Below are positions 37,590 through 51,649 of a DNA stretch of 64,000 nt, one piece after another; the first letter of the stretch is position 1; the number at the start of each line of letters is the position of its first letter. Where the stretch lies: contig OX597826.1 of NCBI GenBank assembly GCA_951406725.2, forward strand, positions 6,076,001 to 6,140,000. Direction: 5' to 3'. The stretch is from Octopus vulgaris. Taxonomy: Eukaryota. The position numbers and the translations under genes were made by a program. The notes beneath the pieces were generated by a model. That model was not told the DNA's origin, did not search any database, and saw only the letters and a list, made by a program, of their open reading frames with translations.

Positions 37590-40020
37590 TATATTATAAG
37601 TCTTCCACTGAAGAGGGTGCCGGTTTCCAACAAAGATACAAAGCTCCATCTTTGGGATGTAGTTAACACAGACAAATTCACATTTGGAACTGGAGAAAAG
37701 TCCTTCATATTTTTGTTGTTCCACTTACAGATTACACATGTAATGTACGAATTTACTAACACCGATTGCTCCAATTATTATTGGTATGACTATGAAATGA
37801 CAGTCTGGATACAGAAGCTGAGGTTTCGAAGCAGTTGTCCATAGATAACCTCTTTTTCTTTGATTTTCAAAGAGATATTTATATCTGCAGGGCAGATTAC
37901 CTCTATGATGGTACAGACCTCTGCTCCTCTGTCCCAAACAACAATATACGGCCTGTTATGCTTACATTTGTCAGAGGTTTTGATGGGAGTGTTCCACCAG
38001 TATTTCTTGAGTTGGTGTTTATGAATGTATTCCATAACAAAGGGATTTTCTAAGTACATTTCAGGACAGTCAATTGTGCGGATGGCAATGTAAATTGTTT
38101 TAGCAATAACATCTTCCCGCATAGGGAGGTAGAACCGTGACGACATTTTAGGGCAGCTGCTAATCACATCCGTGATGTCTTCCAGAGAAACATGACATAA
38201 CATATATACAGTTGCACCCTGGGATTACAAGAACGTCACTGTCCCCCATGTTCATGAGGTACTTTGTTGCAAACCCCTGTTCCTTGATTGCAAACGCATA
38301 ACCATCAAAGTGTGATGTGATGTAGTGGTCTTCTGTCCAAGAGAGGTTGCGCTTCGTGTCAATTTTACCGCCTTCTTCAAGCTTCTGGGTAACATACCCA
38401 TGCATATACTTTTCTTTTTTTGTATGCTGAGTGCTTTCTATCCAGGTCTTCTCTGAGGTAAGTAAGCTCAGTTGTTTTGGGGTTGTATAGATCATCAGGA
38501 AGAGAGTGCTTCTTGAGGTACTCATCTCCAGCTTGCTTACTTCACTTATCAGCATTGCATTTATATATTAATTTTTGCTGCTGTTGTTTAGCAGGCGCTG
38601 CCTGAGGGATACCATACGGCATTCGAAGGCCGTCTGCACCGATCTCAGGTCTCTACTACCTTCATTTCTTCTTGGGTAAAGCCTGTCAACATCACCATTT
38701 CTATGGAATTTCCCTGTTGTTCGTCAGGATTTTGCGGGTTTTGATATCTACGGAGTGCATTTCCTCTAAAGACCAAACAAGTATCCCAAATGTTGGAATC
38801 AGCACTGGTACTGCAAATGCATTTTAGGATATTGTTTGTTGTAAGAGGAAAGTTCCAGCTGTCATATTTTCATAAGTCTGGTGTAATATCCTCGGGTCAT
38901 TCTATCCTTATTCAAAGTGCCTTCCTATGATACATATTCGTCTATGCCTAGGTATTTGTAACATTCTTTGTGTGGAATGGGGGAGATACAGTGACCGTTG
39001 ATGCTCAGGTTTTGGGCTGGGGGACTGATTTTCCTCATTCTATAACCAAATATGAACATTTCTTTTGGCCAAATTCCACGCCTATATCGGCTGAAAATAT
39101 TATTAATTACAATTTTAGCATAAATCTTCGGGCCGTCTACAAAAAAAATTATGAGTTACATTAATATTTGAAGCAGTTGAAGATCCTAGCATATAACCAT
39201 TTGTTTTCTGCAGTAGGAACGATAACGGATTCAGTGCCAAAATGAAAAGAAGTACTGAAAGACTATCTCTCTGGAATATTCCTCTTGAAATGACTATACT
39301 ATCGGAAACAATTATTCCGTTCTCACTTGTAAGAGTAAGAAGTGTTGTCCATGTCTTTGTGAGTCCCTCTATAGCAGCAGCTAAAAGGTAGTAGGTACTT
39401 TTGCCAGATGTAGGCGCTTCAACAGCCATGAATTAGGGATAGAAACGAACGCCTTCTTATAGTTGAGTCATACTGTCACAAGGTTTCTATGTTATATTCT
39501 TACTTCAGGCAGTATAGCTTTTTTATTAAAAGTTTTTCAGCACATCTTCACGCTCCCTTCTTACCACCAGTTCTTTCATCAGTCACAATGTTGTTCGTCT
39601 CACAAGGGTTCTGGAGTAATTGGTTGAGGCAGCTTGGGTACAGTTTGTACATAATATTTACGCAATCAATGGGCCTGTAGCTTTCTGCCATCTTGGCGAT
39701 TTTATTTTTGGCAACAAGATGTTTTCCCTGCTGTAGGATGCCAATTTGGTATACCTGTCTGATCTTCTATAGCCCTTTTGAATATACATATCATTTAGTT
39801 TCTACAAAATGTCAGCTTCTTGTACCAATATCCAAGTATTAGGCCCCATTCCAGTTGCCTTTCCATTTTGCAGTTTGCCTACTGCCATAGCGAAGGTTTC
39901 TGCACCATTTTTGTATGTTTTAATGTTAGTGATGTTACAGTATTCTTTCTCAACTGTATTTAACCATAATGTGTTCAGGCTGAAATCTCACTTTTCATTC
40001 AAAATATTTGACAAGAATGA
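37590..40020 (-). pseudogene. R4/Dong-clade non-LTR retrotransposon (RT + CCHC + RLE endonuclease), decayed
   Basis: RGIFQRDSLSVLLFILALNPLS (RT), MHGY...WTE...FAIKEQ, then CHVSLEDITDVISSCPKM (decayed zinc knuckle), then KYWWNTPIKT...HNRPYIVVWD...IIEVICPAD.NIS.K..EK...YGQL (RLE). Multiple frameshifts. Confidence 0.85.
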
Positions 40021-41070
40021 TTGTAGATATTGTTGTAGGTATGCCTGTCTGTACATACGTACGTATGCATGTTTGTCATTATTCAGTTTTATTTCAATAT
40101 TTGTTGCCAATAGAGAAAGAGAGAGAAAGAGAGAGAGAGAGAGATAGAGAGAGAGAGAGAAAGACGTACAGAGACAGAGAGGAAAAGAGAGATAGAGAAA
40201 GAGAGAGACAGAAAGAAAGATGGACAAAGAGAGTGAGTCGGTTTCGAACCTAGACCCAAGGTTTCTTCATTGGGATTTCAACAACATCGATGGAGTATTT
40301 TTGCATGCATTTGAGTAAATGTACAGGAGTAGGAGTCACTGCATGTGCATATTTGCATGAATGTATGCATATGTACATGCATGAATATGTCTTTGAGTGT
40401 CACCACTTCGCCGCTTAACAACTGGCAAGGGTTTGTTCGCATTCTGGTAATTTAAACCGACGGAATAAATACCAAGGCGGCAGTTCGGAGACGGATGGCA
40501 AAACGTAAGATGTTACACAATAATATACCAAATTCTTTATATTCTATTATCACTTTCATTGCTCAGATAATTGATTTCTTTCTACTGAAAACTGTTCACC
40601 AAAGAAGGGAATATATTTGTAAGCAGAAATGTAGTATATTACTGGTTATTATTTCATCATAAATAGAAATTTTGAATTACATGCTTCGTCAGAGTGAAAT
40701 TTAAACAGAGAAGATTGAGTCCCATCATCGCCCAAGTGATGGGTTCTAATATTATTATTTTCCATTTAGGAAGCAGACCAATAATTGTCAGTTAGAATAA
40801 TAATAATGGATGGAAGTAACATTTGTATAATGCTAATAAACATTTTATCGATAATTCACAGTTGATAAGTATGTTCCATGTGGGAGGTTTTGGTGGCCTG
40901 TATATAATGAAAATCAATATATTAGTTGGTTGGCTAAAATGATTCAAACGGAAATATGTGTTTCATATAAATGTATCTATGTATCTATCTAGCTAGCGAG
41001 CAACCTAGCTGTCTATCAGTGTCAGTCTTGTCTGTCCGTCTCTCTGTCTGCCTGTCTCTCTCCCTCTCCC

Positions 41071-41112
<42 letters not shown>

Positions 41113-41216
41113 ATTCTCTCTCTCTCTATCTATCTATATATCTATTTATTTGTCTATATGTCTGGTTGTTTCTCTATGTCAGCTTGTCTGTCTTCCCCTC
41201 TGTCTGTCTTTGTTTG

Positions 41217-41285
<69 letters not shown>

Positions 41286-41286
41286 A

Positions 41287-41319
<33 letters not shown>

Positions 41320-41522
41320 CTATCTATCTCTCTGTCTGTCTGCCTCTCTCTCTCTCTCTATCTATTTATCTATCTACGTGATTGTCTATCTGTCTAGCTA
41401 TAAGTTTGTCTATCTATCTGTCTGCCTGTTTATCTGTTTATCTATCTGTCTGTCTGTCGTTGTCTCACCCTCTCTTAAACTACATACACACACAAACACA
41501 CATATATACACATCTATATCTT

Positions 41523-41577
<55 letters not shown>

Positions 41578-41994
41578 ATACATGTATGTGAAGGCACTGC
41601 ACATAGCGTTGATTCACGATAGCACGATTGACGTTTCGATTACTTGCCCAGCGGAAAGTTGTTTTCTGGAGCTAAACACTACATTTCACTTTATCTACTA
41701 CAACGGAACAACTCGTAGAGAATGTGACCATCCCAGCAACACAAGTGGGGTAGCATCATTCAATGACTACCACAATCCAAGAAAGCGCATAGTGATCAGC
41801 AATGTGTAACAACATCGGAAAGTTTGGTTGATAGAGCAATGATCACCAGCAAAAATATAAGCCCTGAGCGGTTCTCTTGAGGGAAATTTCTCCTACCCTT
41901 GTAATTCTTTGCAAATTCTCTTTCTCTCCGCGTTTTACTCTGGATGTAAACATAAGTGGCAGCGCCAACAACCACCAGTCAAATTTCACACGGC

Positions 41995-42059
<65 letters not shown>

Positions 42060-42060
<1 letters not shown>

Positions 42061-42621
42061 CATATATATATATTATATAAAATCCGTTCTGTCTGTGTGT
42101 GTGTGTGTCTTCTAGGATCTCGGGCATCCTCCATCCGATTGCACTCAAATTTGATATGTAGATACCGACGGCATCAGGGCGTGTATAAGTCTGGAAAATA
42201 TTACAAAAATCTATTCCAGCTGAGAATGCGATCAATAAAGCCGTTTTGTCCTGCTTTTCATCTCTCAACCTGTACATAACTGCATCTTGCATTTTATGTT
42301 GTTTTTGTACTGCTTAAAGGCACGTTTATTTCCTGCCAAGCTTACTGTTTAAACCATGTTTGTGTTCTCCCAGTCAACAGCCTTATCATTACTGGTACTT
42401 TAAACTCTTCGGTTTTGATATTTGTGTGAATAAAATCGTTTTCCTTTGGAATAGAAAAAGTATATCTTTATTTCATCTTATGCTGGTGTCTCAAATTTAG
42501 GTCAAATCAGTGTTTTTCAAAGAGGAGGCCTATGGGACGGTCGGACAACTTGTTTTGAGAAAATTTGGTTTAAATGTTTGACAACTCAGCACCGTCCATT
42601 GCACGGGGAGCGTTTTGCTCG
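42060..42621 (+). mobile_element. Second non-autonomous Helitron-like element
   Basis: Starts A|TC...TATATAAAATCCGTTCTGTCTGTGTG. Contains CCGATTGCACTCAAATTTG. Ends with hairpin CCGT..ACGG then CTCG|T (CTRR-like). Embedded in (TA)n. Confidence 0.55.
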
Positions 42622-43712
42622 TATATATATATAAACTTTGTATTGATTAGTTCTTCAAGCTTCACCTAACGGTTTATTCAACTCCACAGCAGCGTTTGTA
42701 TATATATTTGTGTGGGTGTAGAGCATATGTGAGTATGTCGGTCTGTCTGTGTTACTGTGCGCGTGTGTTTGTGCGTGTTTCTGCGCATGTTTGTGTGGTG
42801 TATGTTTTATATATTTATCTAGCTGTCTGTATGTCTGTTTGTCTGGCTGTTTATACAATTAAATGTTGCAAACTTAAATAAAGGCGACTCGGTATATTAT
42901 TGACAGATGAAATAAAAAAACCTCCACGCCGGTGGAATTTCGGTTTCGAATATAGATATATATGTATCGATTATCTTGATTTATCTATCCAATATTCCAT
43001 AATTTTTTGGTAGGCGAAAATAAAGCTCTTTGCAGATGGTGTGCTATTGATTGAATGTATTCATTTATATAACTAGAATTAATTTCATTTATGTGAATTT
43101 TTGAAAGATATCGGCAACATGTGAAGGATTTAAGCCCTTGTTCCGTACGAGTATTTATTTTCTCTATACACTACAACTTTATCTTGCGCATTGTATAAAT
43201 TTAGTTTGAAGTGAATAAAAATTTATTGCTTACTGTATAATTGATAGCAATGTATATTCCAATGCGTCCATAACTATAGTGATTATTGTAAAATCGAGTG
43301 CATAACCTTTACAATGCATTCATTTGCATACTCGAATCTCAGTCTATTTAAAAATTACTATTTGAAATTTCTTACTATTTGAAAATACTTTCAATTTATA
43401 ATTTACTAGCTTACCACATGCCGTCAATAATGGCGGCTAAAATGGCGGCTAATAATAGGATTTTATATATAATTAAGGTACAAAATAAGGTACATAATAA
43501 TCACGCATACAAACATTCACATACTTCCCGTGTACACCCACACATGTACTCACAAAGAGTTGAAACTCTGATTTACTTTCGCCCCTTCCTTCCTTATTCA
43601 CGTGTCACCCGTTTGTCTCATTGCTATTATTTTCTCTCACTCCCTCTCAGTCACTAATTCTCCTTCACTGAATGTCTAGTTTCTCTCTTCCTCCGCGTCC
43701 GGTTGGATTCTA

Positions 43713-43754
<42 letters not shown>

Positions 43755-44937
43755 TTCAGCAAAAATTTAGATTCAAATGAATATGGTACTTAATTTAGAT
43801 GCACCAACATTTTGAATGGTGTTATCCATAAAAATCCGTGGGATGATTATAATCAAAATAATCAAAATCATTCTTGTTGCTTATTTTGATATATATATAT
43901 ATATATATATATACACAAAAAAACACTACCGTGACATATTATATTTGGAGATTACCTCCCAAATCATATCCAGAAAGTGCTGTTCCGTATTGAGTTGTTT
44001 TACCTTGAAAATGTCTTGTCTATTTAAATATTATTGGTTAATGAAATACCAATAAGCACATCGCACCACAATCTGAATCCTTATCTTAGTCTATTAAATA
44101 TGAGAAATTCCTTCTTTAAACTTCATTCTTGTGAGGCAGATGATGAGGTGAAATTACTGAACAGAAGTATATTCAAAGGCATTCCAAACATGACCACCAC
44201 GTGCTTTAATATATCTTTAACATCCATTCCTTTATTTTGCCCAGTTTTCAATAAAATACGGTATTAGGTGAATGCTATGCGGCTGGTATTCCTTTCAAAT
44301 CATGGGACATATTACAAGATGAGGTTACTAGATACTGTATGAAATTGGAAACATATACTTTTATTTATACATTATCAGGATGTTAACTATCATAACCTTT
44401 ATGGTATAATACAATTTACTACTGCAGGCCATTTTGTTAAATGATCAACTATTTCCGTAATCTCAGAATACATTTGATTCGTTGTGGTGTCTTTATAGCT
44501 CACAAAATTACAGACGTATTGAATGGAATCCTTCAACATTTCATTTAATACATCAGGGTATAAGTGACAATTTGCAACTTCTGTAGACTCTCGTAGATCT
44601 TGGGATGTGAACATGGATCATAAGGAGTTAACTATAGTATAAATTATTTAGTCGTTCACTTTACTAATTTCTTTAATTTTTTCCAGGAGAATTCAGACCA
44701 ACATGAGAGGCGCTCTATTCCCGATTGCGTCCCGACAAACAGCAGATATCGCCATACATTTTACCTCTACCTGATAAATAGAAAATGACACAATATTGAA
44801 TGTAATTCTGGCTGAAATGTTTCTGGAACATCATCGGGATTGGTTGTGTATTCTATACTTTCGATCTTTCAACATGGACACTGCAACCTGGAGAGTTTTC
44901 GCTCAAAGAATCTAAAGAGTAAAATGTAAGCAAAGTT

Positions 44938-45170
44938 AATTTCTCGAGTCGTTCCGACTCATAAGGGCCGGTTTTCCGGTTTCCATGATGTATAAATTTC
45001 CCACATGTATGGGACGCCAGTCTGTCTTAGGACGCCACTCATCTTCACCAGCTGAGTGGATTCGAAGAACGTGTAATGAAATGTTTTGTTCAAGAACACA
45101 ACGCACCCCCCTGCCCAGCAATGGAAACCACAATCTTACGATGAGGAATCTAACACTGTAAACACTAACC
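44938..45170 (-). mobile_element. SINE (related to 34274-34520) inserted in the RTE remnant
   Basis: CTCATAAGGGCCGGTTTTCCGGTTTC...CAGCTGAGTGGA...GAACACAACGCA...GAAACCACAATCTTACGAT. Confidence 0.75.
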
Positions 45171-46014
45171 CGTCCGGCTCCAAGTCAATGAATCTTACCA
45201 GTACCAAAGCGAATCTCAGAACTCCAGTGCGCCGATGACAACGTGGCTGTCATTCTCTCAATTTTAGAATTGCAACAAGATGTCAGTAATCTCACCAATG
45301 CGTATCAACGTTTTGAACTCACTGTAAATACTGGAAAGATCAAGGCCTCGCCCTTGCAGCGTCGAATTTCTTACCTCCGAACTTTAATATCTTCATTTTG
45401 GACACACCGTCAGAGCGAACCTTGAAGGTGTGCTCCCTACCAAATGCAATTCTGAGCAAGATGTGGAACAAAGAACCGGATCGGCTCACTTAGCTTTCGA
45501 TAAGCTAACAATACATGTATTCAAAATACAAAAGCCCGACGTTAATGACGAAGATTATAGATTACACAGCTTTTGTCGTATCCCCGTTCTCATGCGGTTG
45601 AGAAATGCGGCCTGTGAACTGCCGTGACATATAAATACACGAACGCTTTCATCAGCAGCTAATTTGCTCTCTCTCGAACATCATAGCGTTTAACTATGTA
45701 TGCAACTACTCCATGATGGAAGGAGGGGATATCCAGAGCGTCGAATCTCTAATCATTAAATATTTACTTCCCTGGGCCAGTCATGCCATCAGGTTGAAGG
45801 ATGAACGATTTCCTCTTCAAATCCTCTTCGGGGACTTGGTAACTTCAGTGACTAAGAAAGGAAGAAGAGGAGCCCTATTTCAATACTACAAGATTCAGCT
45901 GAAGTCAAATCTGAAGCATATCAGGGTCTACGCCCGGATTTTGAGAAAGAAACCAACCGCCCTGACGATCGATAAATCATAAACAGTGACGGTAAATTGC
46001 TTAAAAGAGGAAGG

Positions 46015-46275
46015 ATAAGATGTTGCTACATATCGCTGGTCACAATGCGCTTTGCATTGTTGTAGCCTTCAAAGGACGCCACCCCGCTGGCTAAGCAAGT
46101 ACGCCAACGGAAGAAAGAGTGAAAGGAAGTTGTGGCGAAAGAGCCGGAGCCGGAGTCTCGTGGAGTTTTAGGTGTTTTTGCTCAATAAACACACACAAGG
46201 CCCGGTCTGGGAATCGAAACCGCGATTCCCCGATCGCGAGTCCGCTGCCCTAACCACTGGGCCATTGCGCCTCCA
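46015..46275 (-). mobile_element. SINE inserted in the RTE remnant
   Basis: Reverse complement of the same head and tail as 46644-46910. Confidence 0.85.
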
Positions 46276-46643
46276 ATTACATTAGGAAAGACAACGGCAG
46301 AAGAAAGCCAGACCGACTCCGACATTCATATATGGCCAGTGCAAATGCATGTTCCACACGAAGATCGGACCTGTTAGTCATATTAGCCACAAGCATTAAT
46401 GGTCCATGTTTTCACCTGGAAGGAGAAATCAATCTTCCTATTCGAGGGACGAGCCTGCGACATCGACGACGTCGGCGACGACGATGACGACGACGACGAC
46501 TACGACTACGATGCTTTTGATCCTGCGTCTGGTAGATAAGGTTAGGAAAAAAAAGGAATCTGGTAAAGGACAAAAGATATTGAAGATATATTTGAGATGG
46601 TGAGCATTTCATTCAAATTGATTTCAAGATATTAAATGTAATT

Positions 46644-46910
46644 GGAAGCGCAATGGCCCAGTGGTTAGGGCAGCGGACTCGCGGTTTCGATTCCCAGACC
46701 TGGCGATGTATGTGTTTATTGAGCAAAAACACCTAAAACTCCACGAGGCTCCGGCTCTTTCACCACAACTTTCTATCACTCTTTCTTCCGTTGGCCTGCT
46801 CGCTTAGCCAGTGGGATGGCGTCCTTTGAAGGCTACAACCATGGGAAGCGCATTGTAACCAGCGATATGTAGCAACATCCGATAGCCTGGACGGTCACGG
46901 TGATCACGCT
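46644..46910 (+). mobile_element. tRNA-derived SINE with 16-bp TSD
   Basis: GGAAGCGCAATGGCCCAGTGGTTAGGGCAGCGGACTC head. TSD GATATTAAATGTAATT at 46628-46643 and 46911-46926. Confidence 0.9.
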
Positions 46911-47159
46911 GATATTAAATGTAATTACTTAATTGTTCCTCTACAGATGAAACAAAAAGCCCGATACCGATGAAATCCGAACTCATATCGCAGAAAGACA
47001 CGCCTAATTAACGTAAGACTTTTAGTCACATGTTCTATAGTTCCTGCTATGCACCATCCACCGACCTCAATTTATATCATAATGAAGTCAATAGTGATTT
47101 AAAAATTTCACCAATTTGTTTCTCATTTAAACTATTCAACTATTCAAGTACATAGTAAT

Positions 47160-47165
47160 TATTCC

Positions 47166-47199
<34 letters not shown>

Positions 47200-47237
47200 C
47201 ATTATTATTATTGTTATTATTATTATTATTATCATTA

Positions 47238-47287
<50 letters not shown>

Positions 47288-47309
47288 GTTATTGTTATTG
47301 TTATTATTA

Positions 47310-47347
<38 letters not shown>

Positions 47348-47411
47348 GTTGTTATCATTATTGTAATTATTATCATTATTATTATTATTATCATCATCAT
47401 CATCATCATCA

Positions 47412-47460
<49 letters not shown>

Positions 47461-47474
47461 CATCATTATCATCA

Positions 47475-47535
<61 letters not shown>

Positions 47536-47557
47536 CATTATTATTGTTATTATTATT
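47160..47557. repeat. Long (TTA)n/(TCA)n/(TTG) microsatellite
   Basis: Directly visible. Gives poly-N and poly-I ORFs. Confidence 0.95.
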
Positions 47558-48816
47558 CCAGCACTCTATTACTTGAAATGTCTTTTTTTTTTCATTTTTC
47601 ATTGGTGAATGGCACATTAATTGATGATTTTCAGACACCAAACGTTGGATAATTGGCACACTTGTTTTGTGCTCTTTCATTTACTTCTCAACGCAGTGTG
47701 AGCAGAAGATACCGAATCAGTGAACGTGTTACAATAATGCTTCCTACTGTTCACACAGTTTCGTTTCATACCAACTTTAATTATTATTTCTTTTAAGATA
47801 TCTAAAATTTTGCAAGAACCGGAATGAAAATATAAGTGAATAAATTAGCGTGGAGCTCTGTCAAATGTTTGTCAAATAATAAGATTTGGAAGCGATAGAC
47901 GTTTTCGAAACGGTGATTCTTATTAGTGACATGAATATAGGAACAAGTGCAGTGATATTATCTTGAATTTTTATTCAGTTATTTTTTCCCCCAATAATAA
48001 AGAAGGACTTTTCACAGTACTTGTTTCTTTCCGATATCTATAAACGTAATTAAACCAGTAGTACACCGGTCGATAATACTAATAATAACAAAAATTGTCT
48101 TAAAAATTTAAGAAGAAAAATTACGCAGGCAACCTATAGGAAACTACTTTAACGTTTCCAGAACGAAAAGAAAAAAACTCGGTCGCCAAATGTTCGTTGA
48201 AAATGGCAAGCAACTATCGAAAGGATTTCAGGTACCATAAACAATTTATTACTTCTGAATGTTCATTTTCTATATTTTATTTTAATTTCTTGAATTTCTC
48301 CTGTGAATGATTTCTAAAGGAAAACTTTTACTTCAATAACTGGAATTTTTAAGTAAGAGAACATTTAAATTACGGAATTTCACTTATAAATAAAATTATG
48401 CTTTTCAACTGAAAAGAAATTTATTAAGAAAATTTATTTAACAACCTGAGTGAAGAAGAAAATACCAATTTTAGCTATGTCTTCTATATTTCTACTGTTA
48501 CATTTACAGATAGAAAAATGAAAACTGATTTCTTTATACAAAATTTTATTACCGAAATATATGTAGAATATGTGCATTGAGTTATATCCTGGGTGTTAGA
48601 TAACACTTGTATATTTTCACTGTTGTTTCACAAATGAAATTTGTTCATTAAATTTACTTCATAGCCACGATTAGTTATGCATGGAGAACAGTTTGTCGAA
48701 ATTCTTCTTTCTTAGCAACATAATATAGTGCAAACGTTTGTGTAATGAGTATATTTGATTAAAATAGACTGAGGATCGTGTAAAGATTTGTCCATAATCA
48801 TTAATACATGTCGCGC

Positions 48817-48864
<48 letters not shown>

Positions 48865-49125
48865 ACATACACAGGCACACACACATACGCGCATACACAT
48901 ACAGAGGCATATATATATATTGCTTCTTCTTATGTTATAATAAAAAATAATTTTACATTAAACTGAAAGATTACTTGTTTCATTTGACAAATTACAAGTT
49001 TATTATTATTAAACATGAATATCATTGACAGTGACTCCGTAGATTTGCCAGCTACGACATCATACAACGTTTGCATAGAGAGCTGGCTGCAATTCGAAGT
49101 CACTGTCAACATTATTTTTATTAAT

Positions 49126-49165
<40 letters not shown>

Positions 49166-49747
49166 CATACCGCATACATTTATATTTATATATATATATT
49201 TACATACCAACTCTATTTGTATATGAGTGATATTGTTTTAATCGGGAATCGATTGCAATCGACACTTCACCAAGAGATTACCTTCCGCATAATGTTCCTG
49301 GTGTCGTCTAGAATTAATATTAAACATATGGTAATTCCAATACTCATGAGGTGATTATTATATTTTCTTTAGAATTTTGTGTTAGTAGCAACAAAACCCA
49401 AGGATTAGTTATGTAATATGGCAAACGACTATTTGAAACTTGAAAAACTGGTGAGATAGTAGAAATTATTATTTTTCTTTCTGCATAAATAATCTCATAC
49501 TATAATATCCTTAAATCCAACAAACTAATACCAATGTATATGTGTGAGACATTTCAAGTGCTTCAAACACGTGATCAGCTATCGGCTGAAACGGAAATCT
49601 GTTAGTATGTGATTTGGTCGTAATAACATTTAAGTTATTGAGATGTTCATGTGTATAGTGAATGTCAAAGAAACGTAACCATAACCATAACGAAAAGCAA
49701 GTTCTGAGAAATCTACTGACAGTGTCATTCTTTCAATAGTTCCAGTG

Positions 49748-50055
49748 TGGAGCCACATGGCCTAGTGGTTAGAGCAGCGGACTCGCGGTCGAGGGATCGC
49801 GGGTTCGAATCTCAGACCGGACGAGGTTTGTGTTTATGAGCGAAACGCCTAAGCTCCACGCGGCTCCGGCAGAAGTTAATGGCGAAACTTCTGCTGACTC
49901 TTTCGCCACAACTTTCTCTCACTCTTTCTTCCTGCATCTTGCAGCTCACCTGCGACGGACCGGCGTCCGGTTCAGGTGGGGAACCTATACGCCATGAAAC
50001 CGGGAAACGGACCCTTGTGAGCGAGGCATGGCTCGAGAAGGAACAAACAACAAAA
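49748..50055 (+). mobile_element. tRNA-derived SINE
   Basis: TGGAGCCACATGGCCTAGTGGTTAGAGCAGCGGACTCGCGG...GGTTCGAATCTC...CAACTTTCTCTCACTCTTTCTTCC, with a tail ending GAAGGAACAAACAAC. Confidence 0.85.
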
Positions 50056-50309
50056 TTGTTCCAGTCACTGGACTGCAGCCAAGCTTCGACTCCGCTCTGA
50101 AGTGTCTTAGTCTTCAGTACTTCTCTTTTTTTTTACTTTTATTCTATCGGATTCTATCGTAGGTCCACTAAATTTCAGGTCCTAAAGAAGCCGATACGAA
50201 TTGTCATGCAGTTTGTGGAGGATAATCACTGACTCCAAGACACACACACATATGCACACACACACACACACATGCAACATACACACGCACGCACACACGC
50301 CGCTCCTCT

Positions 50310-50425
50310 AAATAGACACCTTACCTGTCGTTGTGGTTTTGTTGCACGCAGCAAAGCAGGCCTTGCCCTCCACCGAAGAAAACATGTAGTAAATGATCGA
50401 CAATCACTCGAACAAACTGAGACAC
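50310..50425 (+). pseudogene. LINE (RTE-like) 3'-terminal C2H2-type zinc-finger fragment
   Basis: TCRCGFVARSKAGLALHRRKH resembles the RTE terminal C.CG...S..GL..H.R.H. Sits after a CA microsatellite. Confidence 0.45.
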
Positions 50426-51649
50426 AATTGCTCCATTTGCTAAATGGTTTGCAATGCACCAGCAGGCTTGAAGGCACGCAACCGTGTCCATAGAACATGA
50501 TTACCACTTTATCTTAGTAAAGCCATCATATATACGACGTTCTTTCACACTGTTTCCGACTATCAAATTCACTCACATCGGACTGGTCGGTCCGGATTTA
50601 GCTATAGTAGAAGTTACTTGCAAGACGTATCGTGCAGTGGCACTGAATCCGAAAAAAAGCCTAGTTTCAAAGTAAGCCTATGAACAACACACCATACATT
50701 GTTCTGTGAAGTGTGCTTCGCTTTCTTTATTAAACCACACTCTTCTTAGAAGTGCATTGTCAGAGTAGTGCACTTTGGTGGTTTCGTAGCAGGTCTTACA
50801 TATGGTCATTGTAATTGTTTTGCTTTGAGACTGGAACTTCTGTCACTGTTGATTTGTGTTTTTAATATGGATGGTACTGTTATGCTTTACTTGTTTACAT
50901 TTCATTCTGGGATGAGTGCAATTTTACGACACGCTACTAATTTCGTACTTTTAATCAATACATTTATTTAATTGACTATGAATTGCCTCATACATTTGCT
51001 ATATATCATTTGAAACTAAGAGTGATATTTATTTGGGGAATGCTGCTTCATATCGTACATATTTTATTCACAATAAAGATAAAATGCACAAAATTTAGAA
51101 CGATGGACTAAATATACTCAGATCATGTATTACTTAACGTCATAGTTGTTAAAATTATTAAGAAATTATTAAGCTTAAAACGGTATTTAGGGAAGATTAA
51201 ATTTTCAGTGGAAATTATACTTACACCGAAAATCTGTAGTGTATGATGTTGTAACGAAATGAAGTAGATTCCACTAAACGCAACTCATATTTATGATGTG
51301 AAACGGAACCTTTTTTTATCTGTAAATTATCTTAGATCAGAAACCTGTGGTGGATGCTTGTTATGAAAGAAGGAATCTTCGAAAGTCAACGATGTTTAGT
51401 TTATTATAAACTGAAGCTTATATTTAGTTTACTAGGGTTGATACATTCGAGAAACAGCAACAAGCATATCACACTTAAGTCTTCTTCTCTAGATCGGAAA
51501 CAATCCGAAACAAGTACCCAATATGACATACTGTGCATAGGTTTGAAGAGAACTTACGAATAGCCTTATGCACACTTTCAAACTTAATTTACTTAATACA
51601 TCTCAACAAACGTGTATTGTTTACAAGAGATTAAGAAATCAATATGTTG

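Larger units (their letters stand above)
44690..46410 (+). pseudogene. RTE-clade LINE remnant (RT C-terminal half to terminal Zn finger), interrupted by two SINEs
   Basis: ELQCADDNVA...LQQDVSNLTNAYQRFELTVNTGK; DVEQRTGSAHLAFDKL; IQSVESLIIKYLLPWASHAIRLKDERFPLQILFGDL; terminal GQCKCMFHTKIGPVSHISHKH. Confidence 0.75.

Noticed and set aside
44660-44790. Strong splice acceptor (CTAAT...TTTTTTCCAG) suggesting an exon
   Set aside because: All frames close quickly, and the downstream sequence fits the decayed RTE element.
47140-47680. Poly-Asn and poly-Ile ORFs
   Set aside because: Pure (TTA)n microsatellite.
49748-49820. tRNA gene-like sequences (also at 12930, 21649, 46644, 53432)
   Set aside because: They continue into SINE cores and tails, and some have TSDs; these are SINE heads, not tRNA genes.
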